Part shown: piece after piece, positions 30,896-40,227 of the stretch | How the letters are laid out: each line of letters begins with the position of its first letter | Numbering within the stretch: the stretch's first letter is position 1 | Translations under genes and position numbers: made by a program | From: an uncultured Alphaproteobacteria bacterium | GTDB lineage: Bacteria; Pseudomonadota; Alphaproteobacteria; 43-37; CAWALT01 | NCBI GenBank assembly: GCA_963782975.1 | Contig: CAWALT010000003.1 | Location: 589,805-653,804, forward strand | Direction: 5' to 3' | DNA length: 64,000 bases | The notes under the pieces: generated by a model | Database searches by the model: none | Told to the model about the DNA's origin: nothing | What the model saw: only the letters and a program-made list of their open reading frames with translations

Positions 30896-31720
30896 ATGGA
30901 AACGAAAGCAAACAAAACTCTCATTGGCGTATTTGTTCTAATAGCCATAGCCGCTCTTCTTGTAAGCCTTATATGGTTATCGCGGTATCAAGGCGAGCGA
31001 ATAAAGAAATATGAGATTCTTTTTTCTGGGTCCATTAGCGGGTTAAAAGAGGGGAGCGAAGTGGAATATCGTGGTGTACCTGTAGGGTCTGTTGAAGCCA
31101 TTTCCATTGATAAAGATAATATCGAGAATATTCGGGTACGTGTGTCTATCAAAGAATCCATTCCTATAAGGGAAGGAGTGATAGCTTCTATTGAAATGAA
31201 AGGAATTACAGGTCTTGCCAATATCCAAATTAAAGGCGGAACGAATGAGGGGAAAGAATTGCGAGCCTATAAGGGAAAAGATTATCCTCTTATTCCTTCA
31301 ATTCCTTCACGGCTTGAAACAATATTTGAGTCTATTCCCCATATATTAGATCGTATGACAAACATAACGGAACGACTTAGTCATATTCTAAATTCAGATA
31401 ATCAAACTAGGTTGGAGAATATACTTGGAAATATGGATAATATCATGGCCCAAATAAGCAACAAAGCTCACCATATTGGTCCAACTCTCGTTCACCTTGA
31501 GGAGGCGATTAAGTTGTTTGGCGAAGCCTCTTTGCAGGTACGTGATCTTCTCACGGACAATCGAGCACCGTTAAAAAATTTTACTCAGGTAGGGCTTGGA
31601 CAATTTATTCAGTTAATCGGAGAAGTGCGCTCTACAATCATGACGTTAAATCGAATTGCTGATAAGTTTGAGCGCAGTCCCTCTCGATTTTTATTAGAGG
31701 ATACAAATTATGCAAATTAA
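30896..31720 (+). CDS. mlaD: MlaD / MCE-domain substrate-binding protein
   Basis: N-terminal TM helix followed by an MCE domain (VEYRGVPVGSVEAISID). Confidence 0.8.
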   Translation: METKANKTLIGVFVLIAIAALLVSLIWLSRYQGERIKKYEILFSGSISGLKEGSEVEYRGVPVGSVEAISIDKDNIENIRVRVSIKESIPIREGVIASIEMKGITGLANIQIKGGTNEGKELRAYKGKDYPLIPSIPSRLETIFESIPHILDRMTNITERLSHILNSDNQTRLENILGNMDNIMAQISNKAHHIGPTLVHLEEAIKLFGEASLQVRDLLTDNRAPLKNFTQVGLGQFIQLIGEVRSTIMTLNRIADKFERSPSRFLLEDTNYAN

Positions 31721-32336
31721 AAAAAATCACATGCTTTCCATAAAAATGATCTTAAGCGGGCTGTTCCTTTGTCTGTCTTTGACAGCTTGTACCTCTTTCC
31801 TGCCTCGTTTAAAGGAGCCTCCAAGCCTACATATGCTCACACCAGTCACGAAGTTTGATCCTTCCTTACCAAAAGTTAAATGGGATCTAGCAGTAGAGCG
31901 CCCATATGGTGGAGGCTTGTATGATACGGCGCGCCTTGCCGTGACCACAGATTACTGTGCGGTAAGTTACTTAAAAGGCATTAAGTGGGTTGATCGTCTG
32001 CCTATTATGCTCCAGGATCTCTTAGTAAAATCTTTCGAAAATACCCATTCTATTGTAGGGGTAAGCAGCTCCGTAACAGGCATAGCAGCAGATTATAGCC
32101 TTTTAATAGATATCCGCCGTTTCTTAATTGATGAGCAAAAAGACCCTAGTGTCGCAGTTGTCCATGTGTTTGCTAAGCTGCTTGATATGAAGACACGGCG
32201 TATTGTGCGTAGTATCAACATCAAGGAAAAAGCTCCTATCGCTAATCTTACCTCGTCTTGTGTAGTCCCAAGCTTTAAGAAAGCTACTCATGCGATGATT
32301 AATAGACTGACACAATGGTTACTTAAAGGACAGTAG
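31710..32336 (+). CDS. ABC-transport auxiliary lipoprotein (PF03886-like) of the Mla/MCE system
   Basis: Lipobox LSLTAC. About 200 aa. It sits directly downstream of the MCE gene and overlaps it. Confidence 0.6.
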   Translation: MQIKKNHMLSIKMILSGLFLCLSLTACTSFLPRLKEPPSLHMLTPVTKFDPSLPKVKWDLAVERPYGGGLYDTARLAVTTDYCAVSYLKGIKWVDRLPIMLQDLLVKSFENTHSIVGVSSSVTGIAADYSLLIDIRRFLIDEQKDPSVAVVHVFAKLLDMKTRRIVRSINIKEKAPIANLTSSCVVPSFKKATHAMINRLTQWLLKGQ

Positions 32337-32390
32337 ATCAGGAAAATTCTTTATTCGCCAATGAGGAAAAAAGCTCCCAAACTCTTTTTC

Positions 32391-32663
32391 TTATGAGGTT
32401 TCATCCTCTATTAGGTCTTCCTCACAAGTTACATACCCCGAGGAAAAAGCGCTTTCTTCGAATTCTTCCTCTTCGAATTCTTCCTCTTCAAAATCTAAAG
32501 ATACAAAGGGAAGTGGTGGCACAAAATTTCTTTCGAAAAGAAAAGTGTCGAGAACCGTGACATCATACTGAGGAAGCCAAGGAAAATCTGAAGTATAAGC
32601 CACCTTTGAACACGTGAGGAGAGAGAGAAAGATAAATATCCGATGAGATATCCAATTATGCAT
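32391..32663 (-). CDS. Small secreted protein with acidic EEEEFEEEEFEE repeat
   Basis: N-terminal signal peptide (FIFLSLLTCSKVAYT) and a C-terminal poly-Glu/Phe tract. 90 aa. Confidence 0.35.
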   Translation of the reverse strand: MHNWISHRIFIFLSLLTCSKVAYTSDFPWLPQYDVTVLDTFLFERNFVPPLPFVSLDFEEEEFEEEEFEESAFSSGYVTCEEDLIEDETS

Positions 32664-32675
32664 CCTCGTAGTAGA

Positions 32676-33722
32676 TCAATTTTTTACTTTAAAGCGTGCT
32701 TCAGCGATTTTATCCGCCGCTTTATTCGTGGCTATCTTTTGAGCGCTTGCGGAATCAAATACTTCTATTAACGTCTCATAGATCCGAGAAATGTGCTGAA
32801 GTGCTGCCTCTTTATCAAACTGTGGTCTTTCATAGGTCACTTTAATAAGCCCTCCAGCATTAATAACATAGTCAGGCGCATACAGGATATCATGTTTCTT
32901 TAGGAGGTCGCCGTGATGGTTATGTTCCAGTTGATTATTAGCGGAACCAGCAACAATCTTAGCTTTAAGAGCAGGAATCATCTTATCATTCAAAATACCA
33001 CCAAGCGCACAGGGAGCAAGAATATCTGCAGGAGCTTGGAGGATCATTTCGGGAGAGGTAACCTGCGCGTTGAACTCTTTTACAGCGCGTTCTACGGCCT
33101 TTGGGTTTAGGTCTGCAACGATCAGTTTTACTTTATCTTTATGAAGCAATTTACATAGCTGATAGCCTACACTTCCAAGCCCCTGAATAGCCACGGTTAA
33201 TCCATCGAGGCTGGTAGCCTTATATCGATGAGACAAGGTTGCATAAATTCCGCGATAGACCCCATAAGCTGTATAAATGGCTGGGTCGGCATCTTGAAAA
33301 TTATTATTACAAGGTAATCCAACAACATGCTCTGTTGATTCACGCACCACCTGCATATCCGCAACAGTAGTTCCTACGTCCTCACCTGTAATATAACGGC
33401 CATTAAGCTTGTCAATCGCTTGACCAAAGGATAATAGTAATTCTCGTGTTTTTTTTCCTTGAGGGGAGCCTAGGATAACCGATTTGCCTCCACCGACAGG
33501 CAAGTTAGCCATTGCGGCTTTATATGTCATGCCTTTTGCAAGCCTTAAAGCATCTCGTATAGCCTCTTCTTCATTTAGGTAACACCAAATACGGCAACCA
33601 CCCAAGGCTGGGCCACGGTGAGTATTATGAATAGCAACAATCAATTTTAAGCCGCTCTTTTCGTTGCAAAAATACGTAACTTGCTCATGATGATCAAAAT
33701 CAGACGAATGAAATACAGCCAT
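32676..33722 (-). CDS. ldh: Glu/Leu/Phe/Val dehydrogenase family; leucine dehydrogenase-like
   Basis: 348 aa. It has the catalytic Lys region (GGGKSVI) and a Rossmann motif GLGSVG. The length and motifs fit Leu/Val dehydrogenase rather than the ~450-aa GDH. Confidence 0.75.
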   Translation of the reverse strand: MAVFHSSDFDHHEQVTYFCNEKSGLKLIVAIHNTHRGPALGGCRIWCYLNEEEAIRDALRLAKGMTYKAAMANLPVGGGKSVILGSPQGKKTRELLLSFGQAIDKLNGRYITGEDVGTTVADMQVVRESTEHVVGLPCNNNFQDADPAIYTAYGVYRGIYATLSHRYKATSLDGLTVAIQGLGSVGYQLCKLLHKDKVKLIVADLNPKAVERAVKEFNAQVTSPEMILQAPADILAPCALGGILNDKMIPALKAKIVAGSANNQLEHNHHGDLLKKHDILYAPDYVINAGGLIKVTYERPQFDKEAALQHISRIYETLIEVFDSASAQKIATNKAADKIAEARFKVKN

Positions 33723-33868
33723 GATGTCCCCTAAGCCCTTATTGAACCTTTTGTCCTAGATTTTTATGTTTTGTTCCTGTGTATTTTTTGGTATGAATTC
33801 CTGTAACTTTCTCTCTCTCCCAAAGAGCTGTAATTAAAGTCTGGGATAAAAATATTAATTTTTTATAA

Positions 33869-34843
33869 ATGAACGTCCCTTCACAAACAAGGAAGAATGT
33901 TATGAAAAGAACGCCTATTATAATTGATTGTGACCCTGGAACGGATGATGCTGTCGCTTTATTAATGATGATGGCCGCGCGAGATCAGCTTAATGTCCTT
34001 GGAATTACGACGGTGTTTGGGAATGTTCCTCTTCCTCATATTACGCGCAATGCTTTGCAGATCTGTGAACTAGCGTGCTGCGAGGATATTCCCGTATATG
34101 AAGGGTGTTCTCACCCTATGGTAAATATCCACAGTTGTACCTTCGAAGAAATCCACGGAAAAACGGGAATAGATGGCGCAGACCTTCCGCCTCCTCGCCT
34201 TAAAAAGCAAGAAAAGCATGCTATTGATTTTATCATCGAAACGCTTCTCTCTTCTCCAGAAAAGATTACTCTGGCTTGCACCGCTCCCATGACGAACTTA
34301 GCAATAGCGCTCGTTAAAGAACCACGTATTAAGGAAAAGATTGAAAAAGTCGTATTTATGGGCGGTTCTGTTAATTTAGGAAATATTACGCCGTGTGCTG
34401 AGTTTAATATTTTTTGCGATCCTCATGCCGCTCACGTCGTCTTTAAATCAGGCGTAAAGATGGTTATGGCCGGCTTGGACGTCACTCATCAACTCATTTT
34501 AAGTCCCCAACGTAAACAACGCCTTAAAGAAATAAATAATAAAGCATCTAAGATGATCATAGGTATGTATGATTTATCGGAAAAATTTGACATGAAGCGT
34601 TATGATTTTGATGGAGGGGTCATTCACGATGGGGCTGTTATTGCTTATTTACTTAAACCTGACTTGTTTTCCGGCCGGGATTGTCCTGGCGATGTCGAGA
34701 TCCATAGCACCGTTGCCATAGGCCGAACCATTATTGACTGGTGGAACATGGATAAAAAGCCCGCTAATATTCATGTTTTGGAAAAGGTGGATACAGAAGC
34801 ATTTTTTGAGCATCTTTTCTCTCTGATTGCTTCGTATCGTTAA
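33869..34843 (+). CDS. Inosine-uridine-preferring nucleoside hydrolase
   Basis: N-terminal motif IIDCDPGTDDAVALLMM (DxDxxxDD Ca-binding). The probable true start is the Met at about 33902. Confidence 0.85.
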   Translation: MNVPSQTRKNVMKRTPIIIDCDPGTDDAVALLMMMAARDQLNVLGITTVFGNVPLPHITRNALQICELACCEDIPVYEGCSHPMVNIHSCTFEEIHGKTGIDGADLPPPRLKKQEKHAIDFIIETLLSSPEKITLACTAPMTNLAIALVKEPRIKEKIEKVVFMGGSVNLGNITPCAEFNIFCDPHAAHVVFKSGVKMVMAGLDVTHQLILSPQRKQRLKEINNKASKMIIGMYDLSEKFDMKRYDFDGGVIHDGAVIAYLLKPDLFSGRDCPGDVEIHSTVAIGRTIIDWWNMDKKPANIHVLEKVDTEAFFEHLFSLIASYR

Positions 34844-34858
34844 GGTTTGTACCCATAA

Positions 34859-34884
34859 GAAGATGTTGTAACATCTTTTATAGT
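34859..34884 (+). terminator. Possible hairpin terminator between convergent genes
   Basis: aagatgtt-gtaa-aacatctt stem-loop followed by a T-rich tract. Confidence 0.3.
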
Positions 34885-35252
34885 TATCAAATAGTCGCTG
34901 TTATTATTGCGAATGTTATATAGTAAGAGCTATTGAAATCAGAAAGCCCAAAGAAGGCTATCGTCAAGGCAGGGGAGGGAAGTAGGTTGCTGCAAAAGAG
35001 GAATATATCAAGGATCCAAAAGTTTTTATCCCTTTTCTTTCTTGTATCCATGTCGTTTTCTGGCCTTGCTCGGGCATCGCTTGAGTAGCTTCTTGGGTCA
35101 TTTTCTCCTTTAGGTCTAGGAAGAAGATCCCTATTCTCCCTTACATCTCCTGCCCTGGTCCCGGTCCCCATCGTTAGCGAACAGAAGAAGGGAGAGTCAA
35201 GGCGAACTTTTAATATAAATTAATGATCCTTACTTAGTGAGCTCATCGATAA

Positions 35253-38200
35253 TCAGTCAGAGACTGTATTACTCTCAAACTTATTCAAAATTTTTGATAA
35301 AGTATGACGAACCCAGAGAGCCGATAATTTCTCCTGAAGGCTATTTTGCTTAAGCCGTTCGCTTAAAGAGTAGAAATCCACCTGTTCCAGGTCTTGGTCT
35401 TGATTGACACATGAAAAGACAACTTTTTCTTTCCCTGTCACAGGATCGACATGGCGTTGTAGACATTGTCCACAAATCTCCTTCATCATACATTGCATAG
35501 GTGAGTTAATGCTTGCTACCGTTGTTAAAGCTTGGGGTAAATAGGGCTTCCATATTGTTTGCCTTGCTTTAGCAACAGCGGCCATCATGCGATCAGAGCC
35601 AATCACAATCATGTGGTCAAGCTTATTACCTAGATCTCCCCAATGGTTTTCCCATAAATGGGTGATAACCTCCACAACGTTTCCTTGATAAGAGAGATCC
35701 TGCAATCGGCGGGCCTGAATGAGAGGTGCGTTATCTGAGCACCATATAGCCACATCCGAAGCTATTTCAATGTCTTGTTGTTTAAAGAGATCATTGGCAC
35801 TCTTGTAACCAGCAACGTAGATAACCTTATTTCCCTGGAGTTTAAGAGCCTTCCCAATAGAGAAAAGCACAGCATTACCCAGCCCGCCACCTATTAACAA
35901 TACGGTCTTTCCGCTCGGGATCTCTGTGGGAGTGCCTGTTGGCCCCATCAAGACCACAGGTTCCCCTGGCTTGAGGTATTGGCAAAGGGTTGATGAGCCC
36001 CCCGTGCCAAGCACAATGATTGAAACAAGCCCTGCGACAGGGTCAGCATAGGCCCCAGTCATGGCTAGTGTCTCCATACTTAATACGGTATCATCCGTCC
36101 GTAAAGCGTAAGTCTCATAATTTTGCAGCCGGAAAAATTGACCAGGGCGAAACGCTTTAGCTGCCCTTGGCGCTTTAATCACCACTTCAAAAATATTCGA
36201 TGTTAAGCGACGAACGTTATGAACAACAGCTTTATATTCTTTATAGTACTGAGCAGTCAACTCATCTCCTGTAATAGAGGTAGGTGCTCGCTGGGCTAAA
36301 GCTTGAGTGACAAGCGGATAGCCTTGCTTAGCACTCGCCATAGCTTTAACGACATTCCCCGCAAAAGAAGGATGTAAATCACCAAAGAAACTTACGACTC
36401 GTCCATCTTTCCTTATATGACCATAATTAGCAAGCTCCTTAGGTTTTGCTATGGAAGCAGGAGTAATATGCTTCCCGTCAAGGTTAAGAGGAGAGAAATA
36501 AGCTCCTTGAAATTTAAAAGAAAGAGGGCTTTCAGCAGCAATCACAGTATTTGGTTGTGTCCCGGTAGCAAATAAGATCGTGCGAGCGGGTATGGTAAAG
36601 CTCTTTTTAGTTAAAGTATGATAGCCTTGTAACGCTTGAGTGTGATGATACTTATCAATATCAATGCATGTAGGCGTGAAATGCTCTAAAAAGTGGATCC
36701 CTTCCTCAAAGGCCTTATCGAGTTCTTCATGGTTTAGCCGATAACTTGGCGCTTCCTGCAGGCTGCGCCGATAAGCAACCGTAACGCCTCCCCAAGATTG
36801 GAGGAGCTTTGCAAAGCATACTGAACGCTTTTCTTTGATAGCATTTTGTCGTTCTACGTTTATCGCTTGCGCATGAGATAAATACTCGTAGGCAATTTCC
36901 TTTTCCTCTTCTGTCCACTCTTTCTCAACGTGAAAAATACCATAATGAGCACACAAGACTTCATAGCGTCTTTTAAACTTTTCAACTTGCCTCACATAAT
37001 AAGCAGCTGCTTCCGTAGCTGTATCAATAGCAGTGAGACCGCCGCCAATTACCACAAGAGGGAGACGGATTTGTAAGTTCGCTACTGAATCGTTGCGAGC
37101 CGCTCCGGTGAGTTGGAGACTCATAAGAAAGTCAGACGCATGACGCACACCACGCGCTAAATTATTAGGAATCGAGACAAGCGATGGCCTTCCGGACCCA
37201 AGGCATAAAGCAATATGGTCAAACCCATCCTCAAAGGCTTGGTCAAGGGTTAAGGAACTGCCAAGACGAACGCCATCAAAAAGAGCAAAGCTTTGTCGAC
37301 GTTCGAGAAGAAGACGCACGACTTTAAGGAGATTCTTATCCCAGCGCACAGTAACTCCATACTCCATAACGCCCCCAAAACCCCATAAAATACGCTGGTC
37401 AAGCGACTCATAAAGAGCGTCAATATCATAAATAGGGTGGAGAGGAGCAAAAGATCCGTCAAGGTTTCGACTGGCCCACTCTTTAGGAAGAGGCTCAATC
37501 TTTAAGCCATCTACAGCCACAACCGTATGACCTTCATTCAACAAATGATGAGCTAAAGTAAATCCAGCTGGGCCCATTCCTGCGACTAATACTTTGTAAC
37601 CTGAGGGAGGCTTTGGTAAGGGGCGCGCAAAATTAAGAGGGTTCCAACGCGTAAGCAAGCTATAAATCTCAAACCCCCAAGGCAGAGACAACACTTCCTT
37701 AAGGATTTGCGTTTCGACCGCCGGTATATTCACAGGATCTTGCTTTTGGTAAATGCACGCTTTCATACAATCATTACAAATGCGATGACCCGTAGCAGCT
37801 ACCATAGGATTATCAACCGTAATCAACGCTAAAGCCGCAATATTGAAGCCTTTTATTTTGACCGAATGCATTTCAGATATCTTTTCCTCGAGAGGGCACC
37901 CGGTTAAAGTATGGTTAAAAGGATCTAAAGCAAACTCATCTGTCTTTTTATCTCGATACCCCCGGGAGCACGAATCCTTCTCTTGGTTATGACAGTAGAT
38001 ACAATAATAGGCCTCGCTTAGAGCCTTAACCCGGGAAAAGCCAGGATCTGTTAGATGAAAGCCGTCCCTCTTATAGGTGTCCTCGAAAGGAGTAAGAACC
38101 TCTCCATAAGGCATTGTTTCTGTCTTTACATTAACTAAATGGCTAAAGTTTCGCTTTTTTGGGAGCTTAAATAACACTCCATCTCTATGACGTCTCTTCC

Positions 38201-38726
38201 CTTCTTTTGAATGAAGCGCCCATGCAGCATATTGAAGCGCTGCTTCGATTTCTTGTTGATAACAAGCGGGCCCTTCTAACCAGATTTTTATATGACCAGC
38301 AAGAATTTTTTCATCAAAGGGATGACCCATTTGGCGCATTAAAAAGTTTTCAATTTCCCTTATAGGGAGGTTTTCTGTTTCCTCGGGCTTGCAATAGGTA
38401 GAGGCTCTTTTTTGGATAAACTGTCGCTTTATGTCAAAGACATGTTCCCATTCCTGATGGCCCTGGCGTATAATGTCTATTTCGTCGTGAAGATTAAAAA
38501 AATCCACTAAGAATTCTTCTAGAAAGATAGAAAGTCTCACGAGAGCTTGAGACGTATCTTTTTTCGAAAAGCTCTCTGGATCTTGCCTTAATTTTTTAAG
38601 CTGCTCGGCTTCTTCTTCATTATGCTCTTGAAGAGATAACAAGAAGAATTGGTCAAGAGAGTGAAGCCAGCCATGGTCATAGAGATCGGCAATTTTCAAA
38701 TTATTGGGTAACGACTTTAAGGTCAT
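35253..38726 (-). CDS. Large fused flavo-iron-sulfur oxidoreductase: N-terminal extension plus GltD/NfnB-like (4Fe-4S, FAD/NAD(P)) plus PyrK/NfnA-like (FNR fold, 2Fe-2S)
   Basis: Cys motifs CIYCHNQ..C, CPLEE and CNDCMKAC. Dinucleotide-binding VLVAGMGPAGFTLAHHL and VVIGGGLTAIDTA. FNR-like RPGQFFRLQ and VLLIGGGLGNA. C-terminal 2Fe-2S motif CMMKEICGQCLQ...FSCVNQD. Confidence 0.7.
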   Translation of the reverse strand: MTLKSLPNNLKIADLYDHGWLHSLDQFFLLSLQEHNEEEAEQLKKLRQDPESFSKKDTSQALVRLSIFLEEFLVDFFNLHDEIDIIRQGHQEWEHVFDIKRQFIQKRASTYCKPEETENLPIREIENFLMRQMGHPFDEKILAGHIKIWLEGPACYQQEIEAALQYAAWALHSKEGKRRHRDGVLFKLPKKRNFSHLVNVKTETMPYGEVLTPFEDTYKRDGFHLTDPGFSRVKALSEAYYCIYCHNQEKDSCSRGYRDKKTDEFALDPFNHTLTGCPLEEKISEMHSVKIKGFNIAALALITVDNPMVAATGHRICNDCMKACIYQKQDPVNIPAVETQILKEVLSLPWGFEIYSLLTRWNPLNFARPLPKPPSGYKVLVAGMGPAGFTLAHHLLNEGHTVVAVDGLKIEPLPKEWASRNLDGSFAPLHPIYDIDALYESLDQRILWGFGGVMEYGVTVRWDKNLLKVVRLLLERRQSFALFDGVRLGSSLTLDQAFEDGFDHIALCLGSGRPSLVSIPNNLARGVRHASDFLMSLQLTGAARNDSVANLQIRLPLVVIGGGLTAIDTATEAAAYYVRQVEKFKRRYEVLCAHYGIFHVEKEWTEEEKEIAYEYLSHAQAINVERQNAIKEKRSVCFAKLLQSWGGVTVAYRRSLQEAPSYRLNHEELDKAFEEGIHFLEHFTPTCIDIDKYHHTQALQGYHTLTKKSFTIPARTILFATGTQPNTVIAAESPLSFKFQGAYFSPLNLDGKHITPASIAKPKELANYGHIRKDGRVVSFFGDLHPSFAGNVVKAMASAKQGYPLVTQALAQRAPTSITGDELTAQYYKEYKAVVHNVRRLTSNIFEVVIKAPRAAKAFRPGQFFRLQNYETYALRTDDTVLSMETLAMTGAYADPVAGLVSIIVLGTGGSSTLCQYLKPGEPVVLMGPTGTPTEIPSGKTVLLIGGGLGNAVLFSIGKALKLQGNKVIYVAGYKSANDLFKQQDIEIASDVAIWCSDNAPLIQARRLQDLSYQGNVVEVITHLWENHWGDLGNKLDHMIVIGSDRMMAAVAKARQTIWKPYLPQALTTVASINSPMQCMMKEICGQCLQRHVDPVTGKEKVVFSCVNQDQDLEQVDFYSLSERLKQNSLQEKLSALWVRHTLSKILNKFESNTVSD

Positions 38727-39139
38727 GATATAAAGATGACATTCACTGCATTATAATGATAGAGAAAGAAATCCACAAACCTCACTATAACTAGGAGGAG
38801 GTGGCAGTACAATCATTTTTATTTCTTGCCTGAAGAGAAATTATAGAGCAATGGCTTATAATTATGATATAGCAGGCTTCTGCGAGGCTACGCAAGTATT
38901 TTAGTGAAGGTGAGCCTGTTTCCCCTAAAACTTGTTTTCTTCTTATCCTGGCTTTCATCTTGCCCTTTGTTATGGTTCGTGCTCTGAATTAGGAGCCCTC
39001 TTTTTCCCTGTTCTTGTCCTCCTTTAACAAGTAAACAAACAACAATATAAAAGCCCGTAAATAAAAGCGAAATTTTTACTTTTTGATTAAAGAGTGCTAT
39101 CCATGATGTATTTCGCATCGTAGTAGAAGGAGAGAGAAT

Positions 39140-39691
39140 ATGAAGGAAGGTATCCTTGAGTTATTATTAATGGCCTGGTCGTCGGTAAGTACCCTATATG
39201 CCCCTAGCTATGTCTTTGATGCCCAACTTAATACCGAGGTGTTGACAACAAAAGTGACGCGTACCTGTGAGCCAAGGCACCTTCATCCGAAGGACCTTGA
39301 CCGCTACTTTGCTACGCCTTGGGAAGAGAGAAAGAACTTCCCTCTCTATTATGCGAGTGAAGCGTTAGGGATTAAGCCAGGGGAGCAGCCCCCCTATGAG
39401 GCGTTTAAAAATCCGGAAGCTCACCAGAAAGAGGTAGAGCGCCTATTAAGGATTATGGTGTCCTTTAGTGATGATAAGGATACCTGTGACAAGGAAGGAA
39501 TTAAGTATATTGCCCGATTGTATCACTATTTTTGTCCCGGGTCAGGACCATTTGAGCAATTAAGCGCGGAGGCCCAGGAAGCTTTAACAAAGTTTTACTT
39601 CAAGTTCCGTGGGCCGGTGTTTGACTTAGCGCGTGACGTGGCCAACTGTCCTTATATTACAGAGAATATTATCCATAAGAAGAAGGATTGA
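39140..39691 (+). CDS. Small secreted Cys-containing protein, copy 1 (unknown function)
   Basis: 183 aa with an N-terminal signal peptide (ILELLLMAWSSVSTLYA). It is about 80% identical to the 40309..40845 product. No recognisable domain. Confidence 0.5.
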   Translation: MKEGILELLLMAWSSVSTLYAPSYVFDAQLNTEVLTTKVTRTCEPRHLHPKDLDRYFATPWEERKNFPLYYASEALGIKPGEQPPYEAFKNPEAHQKEVERLLRIMVSFSDDKDTCDKEGIKYIARLYHYFCPGSGPFEQLSAEAQEALTKFYFKFRGPVFDLARDVANCPYITENIIHKKKD

Positions 39692-39756
39692 GACTTGTCT
39701 AAGCCCCTTTAAAAAGGTTTCCAAGAAAGTAACAAAAAAAAGACAAGGACGGAAGA

Positions 39757-39972
39757 ATGCGGCTTCTTTATTATGTAGGGCTGGGTGTCATGCTGTTATT
39801 ACAGCCAGCTCGAGGCTTTGAGACGGTTACCCCCTCGACCCACCATCTGATCGCTACCTATACGGATGATCGACCTTACAGCCAGGTCGCTTGGCTCACG
39901 ACGCATAATGCCTATGCCAACGTGCGGGATGGATGGCGTTATACGCAACAGACGGGGGTTCTCTCTCGATAG
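39757..39972 (+). pseudogene. Truncated copy of PLC-like phosphodiesterase (N-terminal 68 aa only)
   Basis: MRLLYYVGLGVMLLLQPARGFETVTPSTHHLIATYTDDRPYSQVAWLTTHNAYAN matches the N-terminus of the 477-aa downstream paralog. Homology ends where the GC-rich foreign segment begins. Confidence 0.6.
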
Positions 39973-40227
39973 CTGATTCCGTAGCAAGCACCCTCCCTAG
40001 GCTAAACCCAGGGCCTTCACGCCTGGCCATGGTAAGCTCCGCCACGCTGTACTAACGCTACCGCGGCTGCAGGTAGCTAGGGCGTGCTCTCAGGGTAGCG
40101 TCCTCGTTCTCTCCTTTATACGATAAAGACTCTTATTGTTTATAATATTTACTCCCCCTCCTGTAGATCTTTTTATTAATTTGTTGCAAGACTTAATTAG
40201 CGCACAAGCAGCAAGATGAAGGGCAGT

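Larger units (their letters stand above)
39060..39975 (+). repeat. Tandem duplication, unit 1 (promoter region + small secreted protein gene + 5' part of PLC-like gene)
   Basis: About 85-90% nucleotide identity to 40228-41140. The shared upstream string taaataaaagcgaaa..ttttactttttgattaaa..gtgctatccatgatgtatttcg appears in both units. Confidence 0.8.

Noticed and set aside
34887-35171. 94-aa ORF in the convergent intergenic gap between the nucleoside hydrolase and the large oxidoreductase
   Set aside because: It has no domain signal and an Arg/Asp-rich low-complexity translation. It sits in the expected terminator region.
38888-39118. 76-aa minus-strand ORF in the promoter region of the duplicated cassette
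   Set aside because: It overlaps the repeated promoter-like sequence shared by both tandem units and has low-complexity composition. It is likely non-coding.
39961-40140. Considered that the GC-rich insert might be a tmRNA, RNase P or rRNA fragment
   Set aside because: It lacks the tRNA-like 3' end of tmRNA (GGTTCGA...CCA). It lacks the RNase P GGAAAGTCCGG core. It lacks the 16S 530-loop GCCAGCAGCCGCGGTAA (only a loose ccgcggctgc resemblance). Its origin is left as unknown.
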